Assembly: GCA_964016885.1 (NCBI GenBank)
Contig: OZ024750.1
Location: forward strand, 23,126,001 to 23,190,000
Length of the DNA: 64,000 nt
From: Eledone cirrhosa
Taxonomy: Eukaryota
Direction: 5' to 3'
Below the pieces are notes generated by a model, which saw only the letters and a list, made by a program, of their open reading frames with translations, was not told the origin of the DNA and did not search any database. This document shows, in pieces, positions 15,112-28,800 of the stretch. Each line of letters begins with the position of its first letter. Position 1 is the stretch's first letter. Both the position numbers and the translations under genes were made by a program.

Positions 15112-15270
15112 AAAATAAAAGATTAAAGTTTAAGCAAAGAATCGCTGCTTTGACCCTTAACGGGATCTTCTGAAACTGAATAAATATTTGCTCTACGGTT
15201 CTTATATATTTGATATATATTTATGCCTATCGAGCCCTCTTTGGATTTTAGTCTTCAAATTTATTATTAT

Positions 15271-15273
<3 letters not shown>
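15108..15273. mobile_element. Family B TA-flanked element (inverted arm joined to tail)
   Basis: Copies at 47853-48017, 48153-48386, 56650-56741 and 57082-57242. Confidence 0.8.
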
Positions 15274-15357
<84 letters not shown>

Positions 15358-15933
15358 TATATATATATATATATATGAAAAACAAGGGGAGAAGAAAACT
15401 GCATGGTTGCACATGGAATACATATTATAAAATTACTCCCTCATCAGTGATTTGCCAACCATCATAGGTATTTCATCGCATTAAAAATCAACGAAGAAAG
15501 TAATATGCATATATATATATATACATATACATATATATATATATATATACATATCCGTATGTAGTTGATGGCCGAGAGAAAAGAGTACTGAATACCGAAG
15601 CAGGGTTTAAATATTCATTTTATCCCAGCTAAATACTGAAACGTCAGAGTAACAAGACTCACTATTTAACACTAATGAAATGAGAATATGAGAATGCGAG
15701 CGCTTGTAAACATTAATTGAAAAGGTTTGAAGCGATGGAATAAGAATTTTTATAAAATTCTAAAATTCTCAGTGCGAAGGGAGGGTATCGGTAAACAGTT
15801 AAAAGTCAGGTTAAGATATAACCACATATTGAACGGCGAGCGGGAGAGACAGGAACAAAAAGAGTCTAGAGAGAGAGAGAGAGAGAGAGGGTGGGTGGGT
15901 GGAAGAGAGAGGGAGAGAGAGAGAGAGAGAGAG

Positions 15934-16005
<72 letters not shown>

Positions 16006-16296
16006 AAAGTGGGAATGACATCGATGAAATAAACATATTCTGAAGAAATTTTGTATCGTTTGATGTGTCATAAAAATTAGGGTGGTGGTTTGGCAATGGA
16101 AAATCGTGTTAAACGTTTTAGAGTGAAATAAGATTAAGAAACCACAACACTAGATTAATTAAAAAAACTGTCTATTTTTGTTTCGAAATATTTCAATATT
16201 TCAAAAAATGAATTTATGTATATATGTGTCTATATAAGGAAAAAAGATGAAATCGAAAATGCAACTGGAGTCTTTTTAAGAATATTTATTTGGTTC

Positions 16297-16332
16297 CTTT
16301 ACCGGTTTCGCAGTTCTTATGCTTTTCAAAAG
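16297..16332 (-). ncRNA. Minimal hammerhead with U3-A8 core variant
   Basis: Minus strand reads CUU UUGAAAA GCA-UAAGAAC-UGC GAAA CCGG UA AAG. Confidence 0.65.
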
Positions 16333-16457
16333 TAGAATTGAGATGGAGGGTTTGTGGTTTTTCTCGCATTACATATATATATATATATATCTGTGTGTAT
16401 GTATGTGTGTGATGCATCTATATTTAAATGTATTTATGCGTGTGTGAATGCATATAT

Positions 16458-16501
<44 letters not shown>

Positions 16502-16812
16502 CTGTGTGTGTATGCATGTGTGTGATGCATCTATATTTAAATGTATTTATGCGTGTGTGAATGCATAAAGTGTTGTTTTGACTTCTCTTCAACAAAATAT
16601 CTGACGTTATATACATATATTTTGACTAACAATGAGTTGTACTGGATGCCATAAGATTCTGTGAATGAATACAGGGAAAATATTTAGTTTTAACAGGTGT
16701 GAGGCTGGTTAGCTTTAGTTTTAACAGCTGTTGTATAAGTGGGATAATAAGTGTTAGGTCGTGATTAACGGGTGTATATAAAGCGGTGGGCTTAGATTTG
16801 ATAGATTAACAG

Positions 16813-16847
<35 letters not shown>

Positions 16848-16859
16848 TATATATATATA

Positions 16860-17061
16860 GGAACGAGTAGGACCCCGACGGCTGAGCTCAAGCCGTTTCG
16901 ACGGCTAATTCTGGACTAATTCGTCCAGAATTAGCCGTCGAAACGGCTTGAGCTCAGCCGTCGGGGTCCTACTCGTTCCTATTACCCACTCTACTACCGT
17001 AAGTATTGCGTACTTTGGTGCGTTATGGTCCACCTGGTTCCTTACCACATTTCCTTCGTTA
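16860..17061 (+). mobile_element. Family A fold-back element
   Basis: Perfect 57-bp arms, loop TAATTC, tail, TA flanks. Confidence 0.9.
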
Positions 17062-17071
17062 TATATATATA

Positions 17072-17196
<125 letters not shown>

Positions 17197-17507
17197 GTGC
17201 GAGAGTATATTAAGTTCAATCAATGTTAAGTTTGCAAGTGCAGTGCTTAGTTTAAACAGCTGTGTATCAACCTTAACCAGACCGTACCATAACTAGGCAC
17301 GGGGCCAGTTACCCAAGTTAGGTTGGAATTGGGATAGGAAAGGTGAATGACACCATGAAATGGACTTCCGTCAATTTCGACGTTAAAAGTGTTCCAGCGT
17401 CGGATGAAATATTTGGCGGCATTTCTTCCGTTCGTTTGTGAACTGAGTTCAAATCCCGTCTCTTACCACGGGAAAATGTTAGCTCTCTCTCTAAATCATT
17501 ATGTCAT

Positions 17508-17694
17508 CGGTGGATTGGCAGTATCGGTAGAGGGTCGGACGCCATGCTTTCCAGCATAGTTACGTCTCTTTACGATCTGAGTTCAAATCCCGCCAAGGTT
17601 GACTTTGCCTTTCATCCTTACGGGGTCGATAAAATAAAGTACCAGTAATGCACTGGGCAATTGCTGGCCTTGTGCCTAAAGTAGAGACAATTAT
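17508..17694 (+). mobile_element. tRNA-derived SINE (family 1), near full length
   Basis: A-box-like TGGCAGTATCGG, B box GAGTTCAAATCC, body GCCTTTCATCCTTACGGGGTCGATAAAATAAAGTACCAG; more than 10 copies or fragments in the window. Confidence 0.85.
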
Positions 17695-17830
17695 GTCACC
17701 CAATAAACACCCTATGAGATGTAACGACATAGAAGGCCTGCTAAACCTAGGCAGCTGTCAGCCGTATAAATAACACCACCAACAGAAACAGCACCACCGC
17801 CGCCGCTGCCGATGTTTTATATATATATAG

Positions 17831-18086
<256 letters not shown>

Positions 18087-18271
18087 TACAGAGCCAGATA
18101 TATAATGCTGGACAATGAAAATAATACTAAAATTGTTTTACGATCGTTTCAGAAGAGAAAAACATTTATCGGTGAGCAGACCAATTAACACCAGTTATGC
18201 TACTCCAGATGTGCTTTGTCGCACATCTACTCTGACCTCTACCCCCAGAAACAATATATATATATTAACAG

Positions 18272-18334
<63 letters not shown>

Positions 18335-18405
18335 GACACACGCATGGTATATAACAAGACGTACGTAAAATATGCGGATAATGGAGAGAATATGAGCTTT
18401 TTCCA

Positions 18406-18578
18406 ATAATTGTTTCTACTTTTGGCACAAGGCCAGCAATTACCCAGTGCATTACTGGTACTTTATTTTATCGACCCAGTAAGGATGAAAGGCAAAGTTA
18501 ACCTCGGCGGGATTTGAACTCAGGATGGCAAGGGCCGTAACTCTATGCCTCAAAGCATGGCGTCCGACCCTCTACCGA
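18406..18578 (-). mobile_element. SINE family 1, 5'-truncated, with 17-bp TSD
   Basis: GAGCTTTTTCCAATAAT at 18394-18410 and 18577-18593. Confidence 0.85.
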
Positions 18579-19982
18579 GCTTTTTCCAATAATGTCTATG
18601 AAACTATGTACTAAATATATTTCAGTGTATTCCTTATATACTTTCTACTAAAATATCTAAATTACCTCAGTACGTGTATCTGTGTAGTTGTGACTTATTT
18701 GGCTGTTTACTTGTGGATTGTAAATTACAAGTTTCATTAATTAGCGTATTGCGTATACAAGGAGGAGCAGAAGGAGGAGGGGGAGGAGGGTTAATTAGTT
18801 TCAAATTTAGAAATACTTGGTAATTAATATGGTTAGTTAGTCTAGAGTGAGTAATTGAGTAATGCCTGACAATTAAGATGTCAAAATGAAGATTTTCTAG
18901 TGGTACGCGTAAAATGAAGATTTATCTGGAAAAATGTCTTATCTAGCACACTTCGATTCGGATCTGGTGCCTGTGTATTTAGCACCATAGGCTACCTCTA
19001 CGACGTGCGCCCCATTCTCCAAATAGTGCGCCCCATTCTCCAAATAGTGCACCCCATTTTCCTCCATAAAATAATTTCAACTTAAAGCTTACTTTTTGAC
19101 ACTTCTTTCTCAGACCACAAAGAAAATTACTAAGCTTGCATTTTCCCCACTACACAGTCCACACTCCCCCAAACACAATCATGTGACAGGCCATAACACC
19201 ATGCGACCCTTTCCACCAACTTAGATATTTCCACAAAACATTGCTACATTGCAAACATGCTCAGCGATTTATTTATTGTCCGTAGGAAATTATTATCTAT
19301 CTAAATTTGATTATACAAATTTGTATAAAACTGTGACCAGTGACGTGCCTCACAGAGGTCTGCACTCCGAGCGATCTCGCTTCTATGGGGGCCCCTTCTT
19401 TCTCGGACTGATGATGTCTCTCATCCCGATTTGGCGGGACTTTCGTTTACCTTCTCCTCCTTGTCCTCCCTCACTGTAATTTTCCCTCACTCATATTTGG
19501 TGGGATTTTCTTCCAGACTTCAAGTCTCTTTAACGTAACCTTACCGATTTCTTTATTTCCCTCCTCGCTTTCTCCCATCTCTCTCTCTCTCTCTCCTTGT
19601 GTTCCCGTCACTGTCTGTTAAGTTTTCTTTCTGCTTACAGTCATCACACAGTCATTAGAAAGATATCCAAACATAAATTGTTCATCACCCCAAATCTCTA
19701 CCCCACCACCACCACCACCATCACCATCACCGCCATCACCTTAACAATATGGAGACAGTTTTTTTTTTAAATCTCTGATTCAGCAGTATTTAATGTCGCC
19801 CGGTAGAAAGAAAGGAAGGAAAAGAAAGAATAATTGTTTCTACTTTTGGCACAAGGCCAGCAATTACCCAGTAATGAAGGATAGATAGATAGGAAGAGGG
19901 ATAGAAAAAGAGAGAGAGAAGGAAAGCTACGTTAACGGAACTTTTCTGGTGATGTAGACATATATGTGTAGATACACACACA

Positions 19983-20025
<43 letters not shown>

Positions 20026-20409
20026 GTATATATATATATATGAGTGTGTGTGTGTGTGTATTTCTCTAGAAAAATAAGGTGTGTCGTTTAAATATAAGGT
20101 GTTTCTCCACAAATTGATTTATTTAGTAAAATAAAATAATTAGAAAGAAAATAAAACCCGGTAATTAGAAGTTGATCTTGGAAGAGGTCGACTGAAGAAA
20201 TACATAGGCTAGGGACATGTATAAAATATAAGAGGGGAGGGGAATACTTTGTCACTATATAAATCAATTTGAATTTTTTTCACCGAAACTTCTGGTTTCC
20301 TCCTTGGTCTCCGGACTGCCGTTTTTCCTCCGTCAAATAGAGACGAAGATATCATCAAACTTGAGTTAGGGGAAGGAAATATCCCCACAAAGATGGAATT
20401 GTTGATGCT

Positions 20410-20700
20410 GCCGGTATCATAATCACTCCTCTTGGATGCCACGTCCATATGTTGCGACACTCTCCAATGCCAACCCCACCCATTCGGCCACAAACATGGG
20501 GAGTCGCCACATGCAATGCAAAGGAGCAATAGATGACTAAAATACCAGGCACTACTAACTAACCACTTCCTTTTTTGTGTCGGTCGCGAAACCACCGGTG
20601 TCCTTGATCCCAGGACTGCGTGATACCCCGTCAAATCGAAAAGAGAGCATCATCACGCCCGAAGAGAGGAAGGAATCCTGCTAGGTGGAATGGCTGATGC
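20410..20700 (+). pseudogene. Highly decayed restriction-like endonuclease (REL) fragment, CRE-like retrotransposon
   Basis: LDAT..KYQALLTNHFLFCVGRETTGVLDPRT resembles the fragment at 21170-21535. Confidence 0.45.
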
Positions 20701-20876
20701 AGTGCGTATCACTGGCTCCCCCCCCCCCCCGCAGTAACGCTTTCATCACCATCTTGACCACCATTCTTTATTCCATTCTTTTTCTTTTTTCTTTCTTTTT
20801 ATGTGACAAAGGAAATTTCTAGCAAAACAGCAACATTTCTTTCTTACTTTTTTTCTACGTGTGTGCGTGTGTGTAG

Positions 20877-20885
20877 CAGTAGTAA

Positions 20886-20960
<75 letters not shown>

Positions 20961-20964
20961 CAGC

Positions 20965-21020
<56 letters not shown>

Positions 21021-21021
21021 C

Positions 21022-21086
<65 letters not shown>

Positions 21087-21128
21087 CAGTAGTAGTAGTA
21101 GTAGTGGCAGTAGTAGTAGTAGTAGTAG
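20877..21128. repeat. (TAG)n microsatellite
   Basis: Directly visible. Confidence 0.95.
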
Positions 21129-21169
21129 TCAACCATGAAAAGTTGTCAGGCCCCTCTGTTCGTCTGCTC

Positions 21170-21535
21170 GGCCTATTCGACGTGCAGAACCCCAGACCTA
21201 TGTCGCCTAGCAAGAGAGACAGACGTACAGAAAGAGCCATTCCAACTGGTAGAGAGGGGCTCACTCCATCAGACGGCCAAGTCTGTCCCAATAGCAGGGA
21301 GTAGGAGGTGGTTCGGGGATCCAGAACGCTAGACGTCTCCACCGCTAGAGGCTCATCGACATCGCTATCGGGAAGCGACCGATACTTCAACAGTTTGCTA
21401 TTTTCAGCTTGTTGAATATAAAGAAATCTGGGTCTGTCGCTGAATTCAACAAGTTGCAGCTCTAGAAAGTGTTGCTGCATGTCGCATCCCAGATGAGGGG
21501 CTTACGACCACAGTATGGGAAGATCATGATGCCAC
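21170..21535 (-). pseudogene. Decayed REL endonuclease domain of a CRE-clade non-LTR retrotransposon
   Basis: GIMIFPYCGRKPLIWDATCSNTF*, then a frameshift to AENSKLLKYRSL..EPLAVETSSVLDPRT..WLF..RLSL. Matches the WDAT, KxxKY and P(I/L)AVET motifs of REL domains. Confidence 0.7.
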
Positions 21536-22369
21536 CTGTCCATTGATGTTTTGTTAGTACATTTAACCATTTGTGTAAAGCTAGTAAGCCATGACACACT
21601 AAAAAAGGTATCTAATACTCCTTACATATAGGAAACTAAAGCAGGAAACTAAAGCATAGGAAACTAAACATATAGGAAGAGAGCGAGGGGACACTAGAGA
21701 CAAAAAGAAGAAAAAGAAGGGAAAAGGGGACAGCTAAAGAACGCTTAAATGTTTCTGTTGAATGTTCCCATAAATTGGAGGATCTTATTTATGGTTGGTG
21801 GATTCTTGAAAATAAATTGCACCTCCAACCTTACTAGCTCTTTAGACCAGTTTAAAAATATGCCCCTCACTCCCCCCTCTTTCTCAGACAAATAAATCTT
21901 CTGTTCAAATAAATGGCACAGGGTGTTGTTTAAAGATAAGATGCCGCCACAAAGTAATTTATTTAGTAAAATCATAAAAAATAAGAAAAAAGAAACGGGA
22001 AGTTAAGGAGGCCAACAGACACATTGGTGGAGACATAAAATGGACGAGTGATGCTGGGATCCAAATAAGTTAGTTCTTAGACAATATATACATCTTGTGT
22101 CCAATTTGGTCTTTCTTTTGCTTAAATAAGTACATTTCATTAGCTTCTGTCTTCAACCCCACCACCCTAAAAAAAAAAAAAAAACCCTCGTAGTCTAGTT
22201 TTGTTAATTTATTATTTCAAAGAAATAATCGAAACCAGATGATTCTCTGCATTATTTCAAATGTTAATGTAATTACGTATGTCAGATTTGACTATTTATA
22301 CTGAAGTTGAAGTTAATATGTCAGATTAAACTAAAGTAGAAGCTAATATGGAAGCTAATATGATAGATC

Positions 22370-22700
22370 TTCTGTCGGTTCCAGCAGTGAATATCCAGTT
22401 GTACGATTAACAGAACCCATTGCTCCGAGTTGAGTTAACGCGTTATTAAAATGTTTGAGTATTTCCCAGACAGGTGTAGTATACATAACGTTATTCCCAG
22501 GGAGATTCAGGTTGACACAGTGTGTGTGACAAGACTGGCCCTTTGAATTACAGGTACAATCCAATCGACGAGCTTTCCCTTTACCTAATTTCATACAGAA
22601 GTATTGGGTCGACCCGAAGCTATCTATGACAAATGACAATTGTTCCAAGGTGTCACGCAGTAGAACTGAATCCGAAACGACGTAATTGCAACTATGAATA
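22370..22700 (-). mobile_element. Second SINE-like family, decayed
   Basis: Shares GGGAGATTC..GTGACAAG..CTGGCCCTTTGAATTACAGGTAC with 36570-36980, 41330-41575 and 46480-46795; the last has a tRNA-like head on the minus strand. Confidence 0.6.
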
Positions 22701-22840
22701 AACGAAGTTAATCGTAACCTGTTGACTTATTACTTCTTGTTTATAAATATACCCCGGAGTAAACAGATCCACCTGCGCACTTCGTCGAGTGCTCTATCCT
22801 GCATACTGAAGTGTCGGTGATTAACCAACACATACTCGAA

Positions 22841-22881
<41 letters not shown>

Positions 22882-23228
22882 AAGAAGTTTATGAAACGGA
22901 AATGCGGGTATAAAGAATATATTAGGTAACAATTGTTTCTATAGTGTGTGGGTTACCTATACCTCGCTATTTGTATAATATAAAAATATTATCATAAATC
23001 GTAGGTACACTGTAAGAGAACACACCATGTCGTCAGACCTTTATGGTAGAATGATAGGAAAATATTTTATACACGAGATTTGAGAGAAAGTAGGAGGTAG
23101 GAAGGGAAGAGGAAGAGGGAAGTGAGTAAGGGGAGGGAGTCTTAGAATTCAAGACTGTCAGAGTAGTAGAGATTGTATAGAAAAGAGTAGTAGAGATTGT
23201 ATATATATATATATATAAGTCTGGTAGG

Positions 23229-25334
23229 ATGTCAATAGATAGCATGCCGAACTACATCGAGGCAATGCAACCCCACATCACCAACACGAGCGAAGTTGCA
23301 CAACTAACACACGATGGGAGAGAAAAAATCCTCAACGCTCACATGATGATGTGGACTGACATCCTAAAGCCAAGCAGACGCACTGCCAACAACTTCCAGG
23401 CGTCTAACAATGGCATACCACCCTTGTATGGGCTCCGCAAAGACCACAAGACAGTCGACGACCCGACAATAGGACCACCAACAAGACCTGTATGCGGAGC
23501 TAATATAGCTAGCAACTACAGGATCTCCTACTTCCTCTCAATGGTTATACGCCCCATAATCAAGATGTCCCCAGATGTATGTGAAAGTACAGAGGACCTC
23601 CTCAGCAGAATCAGTGAGTGCAACAAAAACAGGAGCCTATCCAACTGCATAATAGGCAGCATGGATGTGGTGTCACTGTACCCATCCATTAACATTGATT
23701 TTGCTGTGAAAAGATGTGTGGAGATGATCATTGAGAGTGAGGTGGAGTTCTGCGACGTCGACACAGACGAACTGGGCCTCCTACTTAGACTTACCTACGA
23801 CACTGACTACCTAGACAGCCATGACCTTAGATGTTTCTGCCCTAGTAGACCTATAAGAGGTAGACCCCCCACCATAACCTCAATGGCTAAAAAGACTCCC
23901 ATAGGAAGGTGGATTGGGTGGACCAAAGCTATACGGACCCCCCAAAACACTGATCAGGTAAGAAAAATGGTCGCACATGCAATAGGGGCTAGTATCAAAA
24001 CTACCCTAAAGGGCCACATATTTAAGTTCAATGAGAAAATCTACACCCAAAATGAGGGAGCAGCCATCGGCGTCAGCATAGCTGGCGATGTTGCCAACCT
24101 TTTCATGGTATGGTGGGAAAGGAGACTTAAAGATCTCCTTAATGAAAGCTCCATAGACCTCATCATGTACTCTCGTTATGTAGACGATATCAATATAGTT
24201 ATAAGAACACCCCCACTAGAGAGCACTAACAAGTTTGATTTAGAACGTAGCACGATGGAAAGCATCCAGCAGATAGCTAATTCCATACACCAGAGTATAA
24301 CTGTAACTATAGACTTCCCTTCCAAACACCCTAACAATAGACTACCTGTATTAGACACAGAACTCTGGATTAACACTATAGACGAGAGAGCCCAAATTCT
24401 CCACTCACACTATGCTAAACCCATGGCCTCCAAATACCTGATACTCAAAAACTCAGCAATGTCCAGTAGTGCTAAGTTTAATATTCTGATCGCAGATTTG
24501 GTACGAGTGATGAAGAATGTGTCCAGCATGTGCGACCCAACAGAAATGGAAGGACACATCCAACACTTCATCAACCGCATGCAGTTCTCTGGCTACAACC
24601 AAAGAGACAGAGTCAGAGTATACGAAGGAGCCATGGAAAAGTATAAGACCCTCATAGAACTGGACATGAAAGGAATTTGCCCACTATACAGGAGCAAATC
24701 ATGGAATAGCTTAGATAGGGCTAGACATAAGATAGGGAAGGCCACATCATGGTACGACAACCAGAGATATCAGAGTGTCATGTTTGTGGACGCCACCCCT
24801 GGAGGGAAATTAGCTAACCAGTGTAGAAAGGCCCTGAGAAAGACCCACTTAAAAATAAAGGTGGTAGAAAAGCCAGGAACCACCATAAAATCCCTGATCA
24901 GCAAAACCTACCCTTTTAAGAAAACCCACTGTACCAATAGGAAATGTATCATATGTAAGGTGAACCCCCGGATAAACTGTAAAACTAGAAACGTAGTCTA
25001 TAGCATAAGATGTACAGAGGGTACTTGCAGAAACACGACAACAACATACATAGGTGAGACAGCTCGTAGCATAGGTGAAAGGATAGACCAACACTGGGGG
25101 GAACTAAAAGGACGAAAAAACGGGTCAGTACTATACGAACATGCTAGACAACATCATGACGGTAACATAGACAACATAGAAATTAGAATAATATCTAAAC
25201 ATAGGAATGACCCAGCAGATAGGCAAATCAGAGAGGCCAGTGAAATAGAAATTAGAAGACCACAGCTAAACAGAAAGAATGAGTGGAACAACAACAACAC
25301 CCAAACAAACAACACTGACCTAAGAGAAGTATAA
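23229..25334 (+). CDS. 5'-truncated copy of the PLE ORF (701 aa; RT core plus GIY-YIG)
   Basis: Identical to aa 508-1208 of the downstream ORF. Confidence 0.75.
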   Translation: MSIDSMPNYIEAMQPHITNTSEVAQLTHDGREKILNAHMMMWTDILKPSRRTANNFQASNNGIPPLYGLRKDHKTVDDPTIGPPTRPVCGANIASNYRISYFLSMVIRPIIKMSPDVCESTEDLLSRISECNKNRSLSNCIIGSMDVVSLYPSINIDFAVKRCVEMIIESEVEFCDVDTDELGLLLRLTYDTDYLDSHDLRCFCPSRPIRGRPPTITSMAKKTPIGRWIGWTKAIRTPQNTDQVRKMVAHAIGASIKTTLKGHIFKFNEKIYTQNEGAAIGVSIAGDVANLFMVWWERRLKDLLNESSIDLIMYSRYVDDINIVIRTPPLESTNKFDLERSTMESIQQIANSIHQSITVTIDFPSKHPNNRLPVLDTELWINTIDERAQILHSHYAKPMASKYLILKNSAMSSSAKFNILIADLVRVMKNVSSMCDPTEMEGHIQHFINRMQFSGYNQRDRVRVYEGAMEKYKTLIELDMKGICPLYRSKSWNSLDRARHKIGKATSWYDNQRYQSVMFVDATPGGKLANQCRKALRKTHLKIKVVEKPGTTIKSLISKTYPFKKTHCTNRKCIICKVNPRINCKTRNVVYSIRCTEGTCRNTTTTYIGETARSIGERIDQHWGELKGRKNGSVLYEHARQHHDGNIDNIEIRIISKHRNDPADRQIREASEIEIRRPQLNRKNEWNNNNTQTNNTDLREV

Positions 25335-25604
25335 ATAAATAAGTAAATTAAATTAAATAAAATAAGATAAATAAATACATACACAAGCACATAAACACAC
25401 ACTAGTCACCCAGCAGACACAACACTATACACACTAGTCACACATCACACATAACACTATACACACACGCAAACGCATGCGCAAAGAAGACAAAATAAAA
25501 TAAGATAAACAAACAAGCAAATAAATAAATAAATATATAGACAGACTGAACAAAAAAAATGGCGTAGACATACAACACAACAGGAGGAACAATGAATATA
25601 ACAC

Positions 25605-25642
25605 CACTGACGATGTTGCAGATGTGCAACGAAAGATTTATG
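25605..25642 (+). ncRNA. Minimal hammerhead in the PLE pseudo-LTR (second copy 29727-29764)
   Basis: CA CUGACGA U GUUGCA-GAUG-UGCAAC GAAA GAUU UA UG. Stem I is weak; homologous to 59795-59839. Confidence 0.65.
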
Positions 25643-25829
25643 TAAACTATATATATATGTGTTTGTCTATATTGTATCTGTATTATTTTTGACCGCCGGT
25701 CAGTCAATGGCAACATTGAGGACCGAGTAAGTTAGATCGCAGATATATATATATAAAAGACAGCGAGAAGCGAAAACCAACCAAACAGTGAGTGTGTTCT
25801 GTTATTAATTCTGGCAATATTACGCAAAT

Positions 25830-28800
25830 ATGACCCTCCCCAAATATAACAATATCTGTTTCGACACACGATTTCATATAAAAAACCTCGCAAAACTAAT
25901 TCATCGCCGCTATGGCATTAGCTTGTGCCAAGCTGAAAGGTTATTGAAAGACACTGTTTTCTGTTATATAAAAACTACAATAACAACAGAACAAATCCGC
26001 TTCTTAAAACACTGTGTTTCCTCCAAAACATACACAACAAACATATCAAAACAAGTAAATAATTTATTATTGAACAAAACACAAGCTGAACGGCTAAAAC
26101 ACACAATAACAGTTAATATGAAAAGAACAACATACACAAAAGTCAACGCACTCTACAGACAAAAACGCATCAACGGTAAGGAAATCCGAAATCTCATCAC
26201 AGCAAACGAGAGAGATGACTTCATGAGCGTCATCCGACGCGAAACGAAATATGCTCAAAACGAATGCTGTAGGCATTTCAAGAAGAAATTAGAATGGATG
26301 AATAAGAAAAAACTACAAGAAAGGAAAATCGAATATTCTCAAAAATACCCAGATAACATCGACAACATCCGTATGAGTGATGTAAAACTACCGGAAGAAT
26401 TTACCAATGACCACACAGTAAATATCTATGGGAACACTTTAATCAGTGAACAAGAACAACAAATCCTAAAGTTACCACCAAAATTTGCCATCTACAAAAA
26501 GATTAATCCTATGGAATGCAAAACGGAGCTGGAAAAGTGTTTCACAAAAATACGTTGGAATGCAAAGGTAAACAACAACAATAATAACGGTAGTAGTAAT
26601 ATAAACAATAACTCTGGGTATAGAAATAACAGCCATAACCATAACAATGGCAGGAAAGTGAGAAATAGTGATAATGGTAATAATACTAGCGATAGACAGA
26701 ACAACAACAACCACAATAATAATAATAATAGAAACGTTAACCACAGACACAGCAACAGTGACCACAGTAGTAATAACGGTAACAATACGAACAACAACAA
26801 CAACAATAACCACAGTGGTAATAATGGAAATAGTACATGTAGCAACATCAACAAAAACAAGAAACATAATAATAGTAACAACCACAATGGTAGAAATAGC
26901 AGTAACAACAACAATAACGGTGAAGTAAACAACAATACATCTAGCAATCATAACAATAATAATATTAATGCTAAGGATAGAAACAACAACAACCACCATG
27001 ATAACAATAATAGCAACACACACAACTATGACGATAGAAATAACGACAACCCCTTAGAGAAACTATTTTTCAACCCAGCTGACAAAACATATAAGATGGG
27101 TAATATCTATCCTACGAGGTTACCCTTTAATAAAAGAGTTTGCATACCACAACAAATAGATGACGAGACGGAGGCACAGTTCACCATAGCTAGAAATAAG
27201 ATTAGACAAGTAGTAGACAGGTACACTATGAGACAGAGCAGACCAGAGGCCCAACAACTTGGGATAAAACCTGTAGAAGGCTTGGTTAGCCTCAAGCAGC
27301 GCACAAGGGATGGTGAGGTAGTGTGTCTACCCACAGATAAGTCTGGTAGGATGTCAATAGATAGCATGCCGAACTACATCGAGGCAATGCAACCCCACAT
27401 CACCAACACGAGCGAAGTTGCACAACTAACACACGATGGGAGAGAAAAAATCCTCAACGCTCACATGATGATGTGGACTGACATCCTAAAGCCAAGCAGA
27501 CGCACTGCCAACAACTTCCAGGCGTCTAACAATGGCATACCACCCTTGTATGGGCTCCGCAAAGACCACAAGACAGTCGACGACCCGACAATAGGACCAC
27601 CAACAAGACCTGTATGCGGAGCTAATATAGCTAGCAACTACAGGATCTCCTACTTCCTCTCAATGGTTATACGCCCCATAATCAAGATGTCCCCAGATGT
27701 ATGTGAAAGTACAGAGGACCTCCTCAGCAGAATCAGTGAGTGCAACAAAAACAGGAGCCTATCCAACTGCATAATAGGCAGCATGGATGTGGTGTCACTG
27801 TACCCATCCATTAACATTGATTTTGCTGTGAAAAGATGTGTGGAGATGATCATTGAGAGTGAGGTGGAGTTCTGCGACGTCGACACAGACGAACTGGGCC
27901 TCCTACTTAGACTTACCTACGACACTGACTACCTAGACAGCCATGACCTTAGATGTTTCTGCCCTAGTAGACCTATAAGAGGTAGACCCCCCACCATAAC
28001 CTCAATGGCTAAAAAGACTCCCATAGGAAGGTGGATTGGGTGGACCAAAGCTATACGGACCCCCCAAAACACTGATCAGGTAAGAAAAATGGTCGCACAT
28101 GCAATAGGGGCTAGTATCAAAACTACCCTAAAGGGCCACATATTTAAGTTCAATGAGAAAATCTACACCCAAAATGAGGGAGCAGCCATCGGCGTCAGCA
28201 TAGCTGGCGATGTTGCCAACCTTTTCATGGTATGGTGGGAAAGGAGACTTAAAGATCTCCTTAATGAAAGCTCCATAGACCTCATCATGTACTCTCGTTA
28301 TGTAGACGATATCAATATAGTTATAAGAACACCCCCACTAGAGAGCACTAACAAGTTTGATTTAGAACGTAGCACGATGGAAAGCATCCAGCAGATAGCT
28401 AATTCCATACACCAGAGTATAACTGTAACTATAGACTTCCCTTCCAAACACCCTAACAATAGACTACCTGTATTAGACACAGAACTCTGGATTAACACTA
28501 TAGACGAGAGAGCCCAAATTCTCCACTCACACTATGCTAAACCCATGGCCTCCAAATACCTGATACTCAAAAACTCAGCAATGTCCAGTAGTGCTAAGTT
28601 TAATATTCTGATCGCAGATTTGGTACGAGTGATGAAGAATGTGTCCAGCATGTGCGACCCAACAGAAATGGAAGGACACATCCAACACTTCATCAACCGC
28701 ATGCAGTTCTCTGGCTACAACCAAAGAGACAGAGTCAGAGTATACGAAGGAGCCATGGAAAAGTATAAGACCCTCATAGAACTGGACATGAAAGGAATTT

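Noticed and set aside
17508-17600. tRNA gene
   Set aside because: A/B boxes belong to a multi-copy SINE head; no complete cloverleaf.
20746-21480. 244-aa ORF as a host mucin-like exon
   Set aside because: The N-terminal part is a frameshifted REL endonuclease relic and the poly-Thr is the (TAG)n microsatellite.
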